64,000 bases of DNA from Giardia intestinalis (taxonomy: Eukaryota), in the NCBI GenBank assembly GCA_000002435.2, contig CM018789.1. One strand, given 5' to 3'. Of this stretch, positions 7,902-17,675 are shown one piece after another (the stretch's first letter is position 1; each line of letters begins with the position of its first letter). The notes beneath the pieces are model-generated. The model was not told the DNA's origin, did no database searches, and was given only the letters and a program-made list of their open reading frames with translations. The position numbers were made by a program, and so were the translations under genes.

Positions 7902-9539
7902 ATGGCGGAGGCGACGACGTCTGCACACGAGAGTAAGAGCAGCTCGTCGCACAAATATAAATTTGTGTCAAAGAAGGGTGCCGGAGCATTCTCAGATGTT
8001 ATCAAAGCACAATGTGTGAAGACAGAAGAGTACGTTGCCATCAAGCGCATGAAGGCGACGTTCAAGTCCATTGAGCAAATCACAAGTTTACGGGAAATTC
8101 AATCTCTACGTCGGCTGGCAGACCAACCGTTCATTATACGTCTGATAGAAATTCTCTTTGATAGAACCACCGGACGGCTCGCCCTGGTTTTTGAGCTGAT
8201 GGAAATGAACCTCTATGAACTTATTAAGAATAGAAAATATCACCTTCCAGAGTCTAGTATTAAGTGGTATATGTGGCAACTTCTTCACGCAGTACGCATT
8301 GCACATGCGTCAGGCACTTTTCATCGTGACATCAAGCCAGAGAACATACTTTTGGATGACAAGGACAATCTAAAGCTTTCTGACTTTGGCTCCTGCCGCG
8401 GAATTCACACCCAGTTACCCTATACAGAGTACATATCTACCAGGTGGTACCGCTCCCCAGAGTGTTTGCTTACGGACGGTGTCTATGGACCTGAGATGGA
8501 TCTCTTTGGTGTTGGCTGCGTGATGTTTGAAATAACTGCTCTTTTCCCATTGTTTCCAGGGAAGGATGAGTTGGACCAGATCACTCGTATACACGCCATC
8601 CTTGGGACCCCTCCCAAGGAGCTGATTCAGCGAATTCGCAAGGGTGCAAAGAATAACCCAATAAAGGGGGACTTTCCACCACAGAAAGGCTCTGGATTGG
8701 CAAAGCTTATCCCGCACGCTAGTTCGACAGCCATCGATTTGATGCTTAAGCTCATGGAGTATGATCCGCAGAAGCGCATCACCGCCGAGGAGGCGCTGCG
8801 ACACCCGTTTTTTAAAGATATAGGTGAAATAGTAAGGCTCAAGGCACCTACAATGCCCGCTGGATGCTTGGAAAAGCTTGGGTTCACTCTGGATGGCAGG
8901 GGGGCAGATGCAGAGGATGGCACAGGTGCTCGGAAAGCCACAAGGGAGAGACACGGAGACACTGTTGAGGGTACGCCCACCCCCGGGGACTTGGCTGTCA
9001 CCGAAGAGACCCGGTCTCGACAAGTTGCCAAGCGGCCGCAAAAGACGCCACCCGGAGCCAAGCGAATCGGCCCTTCAGGGGTGCTGCAAGCCGGTCAAGG
9101 GGGAACCAACGGCTTGCTTGTTAGTATGGGCAGTCTAACTCAGACAAATCATCCACCAAAACTGTCAGACTCTAAATCTACCGATAATGTTCTACCACAT
9201 AAGCACTTCCAAGCCTCCGAGCAAGAAGGAAGTGTTCCAAAACTTCCCACGCTCACCAGAACGCCTCCAGCCCGAACAAACCACGGATTAACCAACGTAG
9301 TTCTCCAAGGAAGCAATAGCGCCCAGACCAAGCTGGGGCCGCAGACCAAACAACAGCTGATCTTTACTAAGCAAACGCACGGAGGAAAGGGTAAGACAAG
9401 CACATCCGTATCTCCGGGTTTGGAGCAGAACAACCTCCCCGTTCTGGGGGCAAAGAACTACACTGTCACAACGCAAAGACCATACCAAAATAAGATTGGC
9501 GTTAGCTCTCCGTATCGGGATCACGTCAAGCGCAAGTAA
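7902..9539 (+). CDS. CMGC Ser/Thr protein kinase, MAK/ICK/MOK (RCK)-like, with a long low-complexity C-terminal tail
   Basis: GAGAFSDV glycine loop; VAIKRMK; HRDIKPENILL; LKLSDFG; TEY in the activation loop followed by STRWYRSPE; CMGC insert. Start set at MAEATT (7902), which is preceded by aaaaaagattATG. The track ORF begins at 7773. Confidence 0.85.
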   Translation: MAEATTSAHESKSSSSHKYKFVSKKGAGAFSDVIKAQCVKTEEYVAIKRMKATFKSIEQITSLREIQSLRRLADQPFIIRLIEILFDRTTGRLALVFELMEMNLYELIKNRKYHLPESSIKWYMWQLLHAVRIAHASGTFHRDIKPENILLDDKDNLKLSDFGSCRGIHTQLPYTEYISTRWYRSPECLLTDGVYGPEMDLFGVGCVMFEITALFPLFPGKDELDQITRIHAILGTPPKELIQRIRKGAKNNPIKGDFPPQKGSGLAKLIPHASSTAIDLMLKLMEYDPQKRITAEEALRHPFFKDIGEIVRLKAPTMPAGCLEKLGFTLDGRGADAEDGTGARKATRERHGDTVEGTPTPGDLAVTEETRSRQVAKRPQKTPPGAKRIGPSGVLQAGQGGTNGLLVSMGSLTQTNHPPKLSDSKSTDNVLPHKHFQASEQEGSVPKLPTLTRTPPARTNHGLTNVVLQGSNSAQTKLGPQTKQQLIFTKQTHGGKGKTSTSVSPGLEQNNLPVLGAKNYTVTTQRPYQNKIGVSSPYRDHVKRK

Positions 9540-9541
9540 AT
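9535..9541 (+). terminator. Putative polyadenylation signal AGTAAAT overlapping the kinase stop codon
   Basis: cgcaAGTAAATacc. The TAA stop lies inside an AGTRAAY-type hexamer-like motif, as described for Giardia 3' ends. Confidence 0.5.
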
Positions 9542-9607
9542 ACCAATGTTCCTGCAAGTTCCAGAGGACCCCAGAGCGATCGCGCTTGGAGTACCAGCAA
9601 TCAAAAA

Positions 9608-10822
9608 ATGAGCGGGAGACCGATTATAGCACTGACTTTGGACATTGAAAAGACGTACCGGGGCATACACGGACTAACAAGCAAGCTACGCACTGGCGTG
9701 AACCAACCACAAATGGCTTCCATGAGGCCCCAGACAGACGACAGAGGGTACCTTATCGTCCGGATCAACGACTGCTTTAACGGTAGATACTGTGCTGAAC
9801 GGCCCCTTGGACAGGGCTCATTTGGTAGAGTGGTGCTGGCAAAAGACACCGTGAATAACGCATATGTTGCCATTAAAATCATGAAAGCCGGGAAGCTGTT
9901 CACGCATAAAGGAAGAGAAGAAGCAGAAATAATGAGCCTACTCTCTGATGAAGATCCACCTATCTCGTGCAAGTTCATAGAGTCCTTTATGCAAGGAAAT
10001 CATTACTGCATAGTTATGGAGGCATTAGGGTCCAATTTATATCATCTCCTCAAGAGCACAAAGATGCAGGGATTCCCTCTCCAGACGATACGTGTCTGGG
10101 CGCGGAAGTACTTGACGTCGTTCAAGAAACTCCAGCACGAAAGCATACGGATTATCCACACAGATTGCAAACCAGAAAACACCTTGATACCGTTCAACAA
10201 TACCTGTGTGGAGGACATTCGCATAGTGGACTTCGGATCCGCTGTCCGGTATCCCGAAGGCCAGATGTTCTTGTACATTCAGTCACGCTACTATCGTGCA
10301 CCAGAAGTCCTTCTGCTCCAGCCATACGACTACCAAATAGATATATGGAGCATTGCAGCGATACTCTTCGAGATGCACACGGGGAAGGTGCTCTTCCCGG
10401 CAAAATCTTCGGAAATTTTGTGTTACATGATGGTAGACATACTGGGCTATCCTCCAAAAGAGATGATCATGGACGAAGAGCAGAAACAGATAAGTAACAG
10501 TCTTAAGAGATACTTCAAAATGCGGAAGCAAGAAGACGCGGAGCTGTTCCATCTAAATGAAAACGCCTTCCCGCACCAGGTAGTGCCTGACAGCTACCTT
10601 TTAAACAAGAGCGTTATTGAAATGGCAGAAGCCCAGAAAGAACGGATATTTGGGAGACCCCTTCGTGAGCTCATTCGAAATCCCGTTATGACTCAGTATG
10701 AAGGACACACCAGTGCAGACTACGAGGAATTTGAAGAGTTTTTGTCGAAGATCTTAGTATATGACCCGAAGAGGCGGTGGACAATAGACGAAGCCCTAAA
10801 CTCGCGGTTTCTCAGTCACTAA
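9608..10822 (+). CDS. CMGC dual-specificity protein kinase, DYRK-family-like
   Basis: DYRK-homology-like Y.IVRINDCFNGRYCAERPLGQGSFGRVVLAKD; VAIKIMK; HTDCKPEN (variant of HCDLKPEN); VDFGSA; activation loop FLYIQSRYYRAPEVLL (DYRK: YQYIQSRFYRSPEVLL). Confidence 0.85.
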   Translation: MSGRPIIALTLDIEKTYRGIHGLTSKLRTGVNQPQMASMRPQTDDRGYLIVRINDCFNGRYCAERPLGQGSFGRVVLAKDTVNNAYVAIKIMKAGKLFTHKGREEAEIMSLLSDEDPPISCKFIESFMQGNHYCIVMEALGSNLYHLLKSTKMQGFPLQTIRVWARKYLTSFKKLQHESIRIIHTDCKPENTLIPFNNTCVEDIRIVDFGSAVRYPEGQMFLYIQSRYYRAPEVLLLQPYDYQIDIWSIAAILFEMHTGKVLFPAKSSEILCYMMVDILGYPPKEMIMDEEQKQISNSLKRYFKMRKQEDAELFHLNENAFPHQVVPDSYLLNKSVIEMAEAQKERIFGRPLRELIRNPVMTQYEGHTSADYEEFEEFLSKILVYDPKRRWTIDEALNSRFLSH

Positions 10823-10837
10823 GCCGGGCGGGGGATT

Positions 10838-13531
10838 ATGGAAAGTGTCTTAAAATTCAAAATTTTAAAAAAGTTGATCCGATCTGTAAACTTTATGCCT
10901 CCAGCGTTGTTTCAAGCAACGGCCAGGAGCTTGTTTTCAAAACTGAAGATGTATACCTCAGATACCGGGGGTGGGAGTACTGCGTCGATGCAGGGCAGGA
11001 ATAGAAGATCCTCTGGGCGCCATCTTGCCTCCATGTCCATGGGATCAAGTAGAGTCCGGGACCTAGAGGGAAGTCTGTTTGATGACCAAAGCAAAGATGA
11101 AGATGATAGAGCGCAATACCGCGGAGTTCCCGCGTCTCAACTCTCTTGGCACATGCAGAAGAAAATCTTATCAAAGAAGCTCTTCTCCGGTGTAGAGGGC
11201 TCCTCAGCTCTCGTCAGCTCTCACTTTGGTGACTCCACTACTCTTTATAACAAGGCGTCGTCATTGGGAGGTAGATTATTATATCTGATGGCTGCGTGTC
11301 GCAAGCCTTTGGAGTCTGTCAGTGTAGATGACATGTACCAAGTGTTTGGGGCGGACGCTGAGAACGTAAGCCCGGTATATTTCGATATTCTGGAGTTTGT
11401 AGGTCTCTGTTTGGATTCTCGGAGATTGCGGAGTCGTTCTGTCACCTTTGATGAGTCCATTTTCTCTCCTGACATGCCTTTACTGTACGTCACTCGAAAG
11501 TTTGAGCAGGTAATTTTGAAGTATGTGCCGGTGGATTCACCCTTGTTTGAAAGGATTGATGGCATGCAGGATCAGTGCGAGGGTAGAGTAAGGTATGACA
11601 GGCACTACTGGGATGCCTATCCTGCTATCTCCTACGTTAGCCAGCTGATTATGTATACGCTCCTAGATACTGCGATACGGGAACGAGATTTAGAAGAGAT
11701 TGATTCAGCAACCCTGTACGGGAGTGGAGTCATGACAGACAATAGCGAGCCCCTTTATCCCATGGTTTATGTTCTGTTCCGCATGGGCCACTATGAGTCG
11801 CTGACTTTTTTGCTAGAGCGGTACTCCATTGGAGTCCCGGACATTGTCAGCTCTGTGTGCTCTACATTCTGGAAAATATATCAAGGAAACCAGCGCGGGG
11901 ATGTAGACGTCGTAGTCCGTGAGACGGCTGCACTAAAGGCACTTCTAAACTCAGGAGGGTATGCCAGTCTGGTGTCGTCAAGCACATCTGCAGAAACAGA
12001 TCTCTTCTTACTGGACTTTTTGCACTTTTTCAAACCCTATTCCATACAGGCTCTTCTAGACAGCCTCCAGCACGTCAGTGTTGAGCCCAGCAAGGGGTTC
12101 GATTGTGTATTTGAATTTTCTAACCTGTTTCACCTGTCTCTCAGCATGTTCCTGTATACAGAGACGCCCGCAGAGCATTTATGTATTACTATGGATGATG
12201 TCAATTTTCAGATTACGCAACACAATATGTCTCCCATTCGCTCGCTGATATCGTTCCATAATGTCTTGACGTACAACTTCTACAACGCAATATATGTCCT
12301 GGCTGCCGAGGTTGACCTTCTCCCGGAGGCCGTTGGACTTTACTTCCTGTTGGCTATTGTATGCCGTTCATACCATCTCAATGGTGGCAACTTTGACGTT
12401 GTTCCTGCCGCTGCTGTCACTGAGATGAATACAGGGTGTGTGGTGTCGGACACGTCTTTGAAAGCGTTTGCTGGTGTTAAAGATGTCTACGACATGCCGC
12501 TTTGTGAGTTTGACGAGGCCTCGATGGCATCTTTCGTCAATCCAGAGCGCCTAGACACAACCACAGCCATGGGGATGGGCTCGGTCCTGTTTGCCTTTCT
12601 TCTTTGCCACTGCATACATTCGAACCACATGGAGATGATATGGATCTCTAGAGTTCTTCCTATAAACGCGCAGCTTATGCTTCTGGCAACAGTACTCCCA
12701 TTTTTACCGCCTAACGAGAGCATTGTAAGCCAGACATACTTCTCTCAAGAGATCTACCCTGTTCTTCGATCTAGCATTAATCTAGACGCTCTCAAAGACA
12801 CTGTTTTAGTGTCAGATTTTGTGGGATACCCCCATAGACTGCACAGATTGCTCATCTTTCTTCTTGGCGGTGCCTACAAGCTAAAGGGAGAAGCAGTCAT
12901 AGCCTTTGAGTACTATAAAACATCGCTCACACACGGCAATGGTTTGGAGTTGGCTTTTGAGTGCTCTGCGATGATTTTAGAAGCAGGGCCAGTATCCAAT
13001 CACCAGCGTCTGCTTCCCATGTTAGCGTCTGCGTCTAAGCTGCGAATCTTGTACCAGAGCAACGAGAATATGCGTTCGGTTTCGTTGGAAAGCATGTTTG
13101 GGGACACTTTGATATCAGATGCTAATAGCAATGCACATTCCCGCGGTAAGGCTGCAACCGAAATGGCTCTTCACACTCTATCCTCCAGCCTGTATTATGG
13201 TTACAGGCATGTGTGGACGATGCTTGTCCTTGTCGAGGCCAAGGCAACATTGGAGGACACAGGCAATATGGAAGAGGTTGTGCGGTTATGCAATAGAGAA
13301 AGTGGACTGCAGAATATGGTGATGAGCAATGCTCCAATTAACCCTAGACTGGCAGAGAAGGCCACAGTGATTGCAAACTTTCTTCTGAACACTTACAGTC
13401 ACTGTCAACTTGGTGGATATGCGGGTTTGGCTACAGAGTTGGCAGTAGTCCGCGAGCTGTGCAGGAAGGCACACGTTGATCAGTACAGTATGGATCTTGC
13501 CGTGCAAATGTGTAGAGATGCAGATGTATAG
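10838..13531 (+). CDS. Hypothetical protein (~880-900 aa), no recognisable domain
   Basis: Long uninterrupted ORF in the compact coding region. The start is uncertain: 10838 is only 16 bp after the upstream stop. Internal Mets at 10895 (MPPALF, preceded by aaaattttaaaaaag) or 10949 are alternatives. Confidence 0.6.
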   Translation: MESVLKFKILKKLIRSVNFMPPALFQATARSLFSKLKMYTSDTGGGSTASMQGRNRRSSGRHLASMSMGSSRVRDLEGSLFDDQSKDEDDRAQYRGVPASQLSWHMQKKILSKKLFSGVEGSSALVSSHFGDSTTLYNKASSLGGRLLYLMAACRKPLESVSVDDMYQVFGADAENVSPVYFDILEFVGLCLDSRRLRSRSVTFDESIFSPDMPLLYVTRKFEQVILKYVPVDSPLFERIDGMQDQCEGRVRYDRHYWDAYPAISYVSQLIMYTLLDTAIRERDLEEIDSATLYGSGVMTDNSEPLYPMVYVLFRMGHYESLTFLLERYSIGVPDIVSSVCSTFWKIYQGNQRGDVDVVVRETAALKALLNSGGYASLVSSSTSAETDLFLLDFLHFFKPYSIQALLDSLQHVSVEPSKGFDCVFEFSNLFHLSLSMFLYTETPAEHLCITMDDVNFQITQHNMSPIRSLISFHNVLTYNFYNAIYVLAAEVDLLPEAVGLYFLLAIVCRSYHLNGGNFDVVPAAAVTEMNTGCVVSDTSLKAFAGVKDVYDMPLCEFDEASMASFVNPERLDTTTAMGMGSVLFAFLLCHCIHSNHMEMIWISRVLPINAQLMLLATVLPFLPPNESIVSQTYFSQEIYPVLRSSINLDALKDTVLVSDFVGYPHRLHRLLIFLLGGAYKLKGEAVIAFEYYKTSLTHGNGLELAFECSAMILEAGPVSNHQRLLPMLASASKLRILYQSNENMRSVSLESMFGDTLISDANSNAHSRGKAATEMALHTLSSSLYYGYRHVWTMLVLVEAKATLEDTGNMEEVVRLCNRESGLQNMVMSNAPINPRLAEKATVIANFLLNTYSHCQLGGYAGLATELAVVRELCRKAHVDQYSMDLAVQMCRDADV

Positions 13532-13617
13532 CTTACCACTGTGCCTACAACACTTTCACTCCTTCTTTTGCATTGGTAGAGAAGGGATCCACACAAGTGT
13601 GTCAAGCCAAAACACGC

Positions 13618-13639
13618 ATTTACTTTGATATTATTTACT
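13618..13639 (-). terminator. Putative poly(A) signals for MAK16 (two ATTTACT = AGTAAAT on the minus strand) 25-45 nt past the stop
   Basis: gcATTTACTttgatattATTTACTttg immediately below the MAK16 stop at 13664. Confidence 0.4.
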
Positions 13640-13663
13640 TTGCTATTCGAGAGCCTAAGTAAG

Positions 13664-14374
13664 CTAAGCGGCTGCACGCACCGGTTCTCGTTCCTGTTTT
13701 TCGTATTCATACTCCTCTTCAGTGCTCACCTCACGCTCCTTCTGCATGCGGCCCTCTGACTCCTCATTATCGTGGAACTTGACCGGCTTCTTGCCAGCAG
13801 TTTCAGTTACTAGGCTCTTGTATGCCAGCGTAGAGAAATTGTATATTTCATCATACTTTCCTTCCTTGAGCTGTGTGAGGAGCTCTTTTTGGATGGTCTT
13901 TTCTATCTGTGCTGCTGCCAAGGCCTTTGCCTGCCTCAACATGTCTCGCCGCTCAGCCTTCTTCTTGATGTGTACTAGTCGTGGCTCTATGGTTTTCTCA
14001 AGTCTGTGCATCCGGATATGCATTTCCTTTATCTTCTTGAGGCGCAAACGGCACTTGTCGCGTATGTGCACCGGCCAATATTTGAGATTCTTGTGGAGCT
14101 GCTTGACGGCCAATTTGTAGTCCTGCGAGAGTTCCACCATTTCCCATTGTTCGGATGGGAGATGCGCACGCTCGATAACCTTCATATGAAGAACTATGTG
14201 TCCGTTAACGTCCAGGACGGTGGCGTATTGACTGTTTGCTAAGGGACAGAACTTTCTCTCACAGATACCTGTAATGTTGTACTTATTGGTGCAAAAGATG
14301 GTCCGATCTGTTTTAATCTTAAAAGAACAGAAGCCGCGGTTTATGCATTCCCAGACTATCCCGTCTGCCGACAT
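13664..14374 (-). CDS. MAK16: MAK16 ribosome-biogenesis protein (L28e/Mak16 family)
   Basis: N-terminus MSADGIVWECINRGFCSFKIKT...FCTNKYNITGICERKFCPLANSQYATV matches the conserved Mak16 N-terminal domain (..VW..I...FCS.K.......FCRNEYN.TGLC.R..CPLANSQYAT). Acidic/basic C-terminal tail. Confidence 0.85.
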   Translation of the reverse strand: MSADGIVWECINRGFCSFKIKTDRTIFCTNKYNITGICERKFCPLANSQYATVLDVNGHIVLHMKVIERAHLPSEQWEMVELSQDYKLAVKQLHKNLKYWPVHIRDKCRLRLKKIKEMHIRMHRLEKTIEPRLVHIKKKAERRDMLRQAKALAAAQIEKTIQKELLTQLKEGKYDEIYNFSTLAYKSLVTETAGKKPVKFHDNEESEGRMQKEREVSTEEEYEYEKQEREPVRAAA

Positions 14375-14479
14375 TTAAATAACAATTTCTTAATTTTAGT
14401 TTAAAATTCAAATTACCATGAATCACATTAGAAATTTTAACTTGTAAATCTAGCTTGGGTCTGGCCTTCTAGTCAACTT

Positions 14480-15136
14480 GTGTTTATGTCTGCGCCCGAC
14501 ACGGCTCTCCTGGACACGCTCTTGGCTGGCCTTTCGGATCGCAATGCAGCAACTTGCATCCTGAGAAGGGCACAGCAGGCCGCACATGCCCCTGAACAGT
14601 ATGTCAAAAATGTTCGTACCTCCTTATTCCCGGCCCATCTTGACCTTCTTAACACGGTAACACCGACAGCTCTATGGAGGGAATGCGGTCTGCCTGTGAC
14701 TGATGAGAAGAAAGACTCGTTAGTAGCAGCAGAAACAAACTATCTGGATCTCAAAAAAAGCCTTGTTCAGATCATTGCAACCCAAAAATCGGTAATTGAG
14801 CAGACAGGTCCGCCGAGTGATTATGCCTATGCAGGTGCAAGTGATTACTGCCTTTTGCGAAACGCCATGAGCGACCTTCTTACCTTGGTAGATGTAATTG
14901 CAGGAAATACTGAGCTTAAAGAGTTAGCATTCGAGCTTACAACGGGAGTGACCGTTCCTCCTCCTTGTCTTGTAGCTTCTCTGCAAGATTTGCGTGGCAA
15001 GCTGGAGAGATTGATGAAGTTTAAAGAGGCTCTTAGTCGGTATCGCACGGCTGCGACTGACCTCAAAGCGGTGTTGGAGAACGTTCCTAGGCTGGAACCG
15101 CTAACAATACCCCTCCCAGATTCGGGTACTCCATAG
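14480..15136 (+). CDS. Hypothetical protein (218 aa)
   Basis: ORF with coding-like composition, diverging from MAK16 across an A/T-rich ~105-bp region. No recognisable domain. Confidence 0.5.
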   Translation: MFMSAPDTALLDTLLAGLSDRNAATCILRRAQQAAHAPEQYVKNVRTSLFPAHLDLLNTVTPTALWRECGLPVTDEKKDSLVAAETNYLDLKKSLVQIIATQKSVIEQTGPPSDYAYAGASDYCLLRNAMSDLLTLVDVIAGNTELKELAFELTTGVTVPPPCLVASLQDLRGKLERLMKFKEALSRYRTAATDLKAVLENVPRLEPLTIPLPDSGTP

Positions 15137-15182
15137 CGTCTCACTGTGCTGCACAGGTGATTACAATTAAATGCAAATAAAA

Positions 15183-16481
15183 ATGTCCCCTCGCACGTTC
15201 CTTTTCACCTCTGAGCAGGTTTCTGAGGGCCATCCCGACAAAATCTGCGACCAGATATCTGACCGAATCCTGGACACCATTCTGGCCCAGGACAAAATCG
15301 CAAGGGTCGCAGCAGATGTTGCAATAAAAGACAACACTGTCTTCCTTCTGGGCGAGATATCCACCACTGCGGTTGTCGATTACAATCAGATTGTGCGAGA
15401 TGTTCTCAGAGAGATAGGCTATGAAGATGAAAAGACGTCGTGCGACTGGCGCACCGTGGAGATAATAAATCGCATCAGCAGTCAGTCACCAGACATCTAT
15501 CAGGCAGTGTTTCGTCAGGATGAGCTTTGCGCAGGTGATCAGGGCATCATGATAGGATACGCCTCGCAGGAAACGAAGGCTCTGATGCCCGCAACCCACT
15601 TGTTTGCCAATCTTCTTGCCATGCGTCTCAGCCGAGTAAGAAAGACAGGTGTACTGCCGTTTCTGAGGCCAGACAGTAAGACACAAGTCACCATCAAGTA
15701 CGAAGAAGACCCTTTGACTAAGGAGCTCAGACCGATATTCTTAGACACTCTTATCATTAGCACAATGCACGCTGAAGAAATAGGCAACACGGCATTGCGC
15801 ACTGCAATTTTCAAGCACGTTGTAATTCCCACGCTGAAGCAGCTGAAGGAGGACGAAGGTCTTAGTCTTCAAGTACTGCTTCCGGGGTGCGAGGATGGAA
15901 ACCTGGAGAGGTTTGACTATGCGAGTTGGCCAATCGAGGACATCTGTCGCGGCCACTACAACAAGTGTGGTAGCGATCAGCCACAGTACACTAAGCTTCT
16001 CATCAATCCATCAGATCGCTTTGTAATTGGAGGGCCCAAGAGTGACTGTGGCCTAACGGGACGTAAGGTCATCGCAGATAGCTATGGAAGTTTTGGGTCC
16101 CACGGCGGCGGAGCCTTCAGCGGCAAGGACGCCTCAAAGGTTGACAGGTCTGGAGCCTATTTGGCCAGGAACATCGCCATGAGCCTCTGCTCCCCTATGA
16201 ATAATATCTGTAAGCGCTGCATGGTGCAGATAGGGTATGCTATAGGTGTTGCCGAGCCGGTATCTATCTTTGTCGAAATGTATGGCTCAGAATTGAAGCC
16301 AGAGTATGCCGATCAACAACTGATAGAAAGGGCGATTCGAAGGACCTTTGGTCTTACGCCGGGCAAGATCATACAGGAGTATGCTCTGGACACTCCTATC
16401 TTCTTCAACACAAGCAGATATGGGCACTTTGGACGCTCAGAGTTTCCGTGGGAACAGCCCAGGCGTCTCACACTTGACTAG
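15183..16481 (+). CDS. MAT: S-adenosylmethionine synthetase (methionine adenosyltransferase)
   Basis: TFLFTSEQVSEGHPDKICDQISD; GDQGIMIGYA; GGGAFSGKD. Canonical MAT motifs throughout. Start chosen at MSPRTF (15183), preceded by aaataaaaATG. The track ORF starts at 15171. Confidence 0.95.
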   Translation: MSPRTFLFTSEQVSEGHPDKICDQISDRILDTILAQDKIARVAADVAIKDNTVFLLGEISTTAVVDYNQIVRDVLREIGYEDEKTSCDWRTVEIINRISSQSPDIYQAVFRQDELCAGDQGIMIGYASQETKALMPATHLFANLLAMRLSRVRKTGVLPFLRPDSKTQVTIKYEEDPLTKELRPIFLDTLIISTMHAEEIGNTALRTAIFKHVVIPTLKQLKEDEGLSLQVLLPGCEDGNLERFDYASWPIEDICRGHYNKCGSDQPQYTKLLINPSDRFVIGGPKSDCGLTGRKVIADSYGSFGSHGGGAFSGKDASKVDRSGAYLARNIAMSLCSPMNNICKRCMVQIGYAIGVAEPVSIFVEMYGSELKPEYADQQLIERAIRRTFGLTPGKIIQEYALDTPIFFNTSRYGHFGRSEFPWEQPRRLTLD

Positions 16482-16499
16482 AAAAGCAGTGTACAGTGT

Positions 16500-16506
16500 A
16501 GTAAAC
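16500..16506 (+). terminator. Putative polyadenylation signal AGTAAAC ~20 nt after the MAT stop
   Basis: tagaaaagcagtgtacagtgtAGTAAACtag. Confidence 0.45.
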
Positions 16507-16635
16507 TAGTCTGCTGTAGTAGATCATCACATGACAGGCGTGGCAACAGGTCTTTTGTGTCGAGTTCCCCCGTTTTTAGAGGCAATACTACAGAATTTAG
16601 AGGAAAATTTCAAAAAACAACTCAACATTCAGTAG

Positions 16636-17391
16636 ATGTCTAACCTGCACAGTTCGTCCGGATGCTGTACACCAGCGTGTCCACTGACTACCGTACAGCG
16701 CACAGAACTAGGTCTAATTCCTGCGTCCCCGCGGCGGACCCATAGTCCTATAGACATGAGTTTGAGCCCAGCCCTGTTGGAGCCCCTTGCACGGCTTTCC
16801 TCCAAGAGGGCTACGAACTATCAGGAAGAACACCCACAGGACGACGTTTTCAGCACACCCATTCTTAAAATAGACAATACTGGGGGGACTGATGCAGAGA
16901 CGCTAAGCAACGATCTGCGGGCCTTTGGTCCCATGCGACAGCGGCCAGAGATGGACACCATCCCACTTAGTAATAAATACGGGAGCAAAGACCCCCTATG
17001 GGACCTGGATTACTCAGACTCTGACGACCAGCACGATGCTCTAGAGCCCAATCTAAAGCGTCCTATTGTGAGAGAGAGGCAACAGCAGAATCTATTGGCT
17101 ACCACACCGCGGATACCACTCGGTTTTGACGGCGATATCTCGCAGGCGTCCGATGTCTTAAACAGTGCCGATTTGGACAGACGCCCCATCATGGTCTTCG
17201 ACTCCCCTCCCAACTCCCCCTTGGCCGACGCAATCGCTAGAATACCATCAGTTTTGAGTCTAAGTCGCCTTCCTCTACTAGATAATGCGAGCTCCTGCTT
17301 TGACACAACTGACTTATCCAGGCTTTTCCACGGAGCTGCAGATAATGATATCTCCTGCCCACCACGCCAGCTTGTACATGAAACCAGGTAA
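16636..17391 (+). CDS. Hypothetical low-complexity (Ser/Pro/Asp-rich) protein
   Basis: 251-aa ORF. A competing antisense ORF lies at 17010-17432(-). The plus-strand ORF is preferred on length and position, but it is weakly supported. Confidence 0.35.
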   Translation: MSNLHSSSGCCTPACPLTTVQRTELGLIPASPRRTHSPIDMSLSPALLEPLARLSSKRATNYQEEHPQDDVFSTPILKIDNTGGTDAETLSNDLRAFGPMRQRPEMDTIPLSNKYGSKDPLWDLDYSDSDDQHDALEPNLKRPIVRERQQQNLLATTPRIPLGFDGDISQASDVLNSADLDRRPIMVFDSPPNSPLADAIARIPSVLSLSRLPLLDNASSCFDTTDLSRLFHGAADNDISCPPRQLVHETR

Positions 17392-17675
17392 GCCGCAGCA
17401 AAGCCGTTTATGAGTGATTTACTGCACACCATCCATCACTCTAAAGCACTGCATTTGGCACCCGCTTGCAAAGACAAGGTTTGGTGAAATGCGCAGAGCA
17501 AGGGCGTGTTATCCATTTGATTGGTGGACTGATGGAAATAGTTGAAGCCGGTGGTGCCAAATAGCAGGAGAGAGCTCTCTGTAATCTATCTAAGTCGCTT
17601 GCACCTCGGCCAAAAACACAATTAGTGAACGACATGTTACTCAGCAAGACCATTTTCTAGGTCTGTCTCTGTGCC

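Noticed and set aside
17010-17432. Minus-strand 140-aa ORF overlapping the 3' half of the 16636-17391 plus ORF
   Set aside because: It is shorter, overlaps the longer plus-strand ORF, and has no start context. The plus-strand ORF itself is kept only at low confidence.
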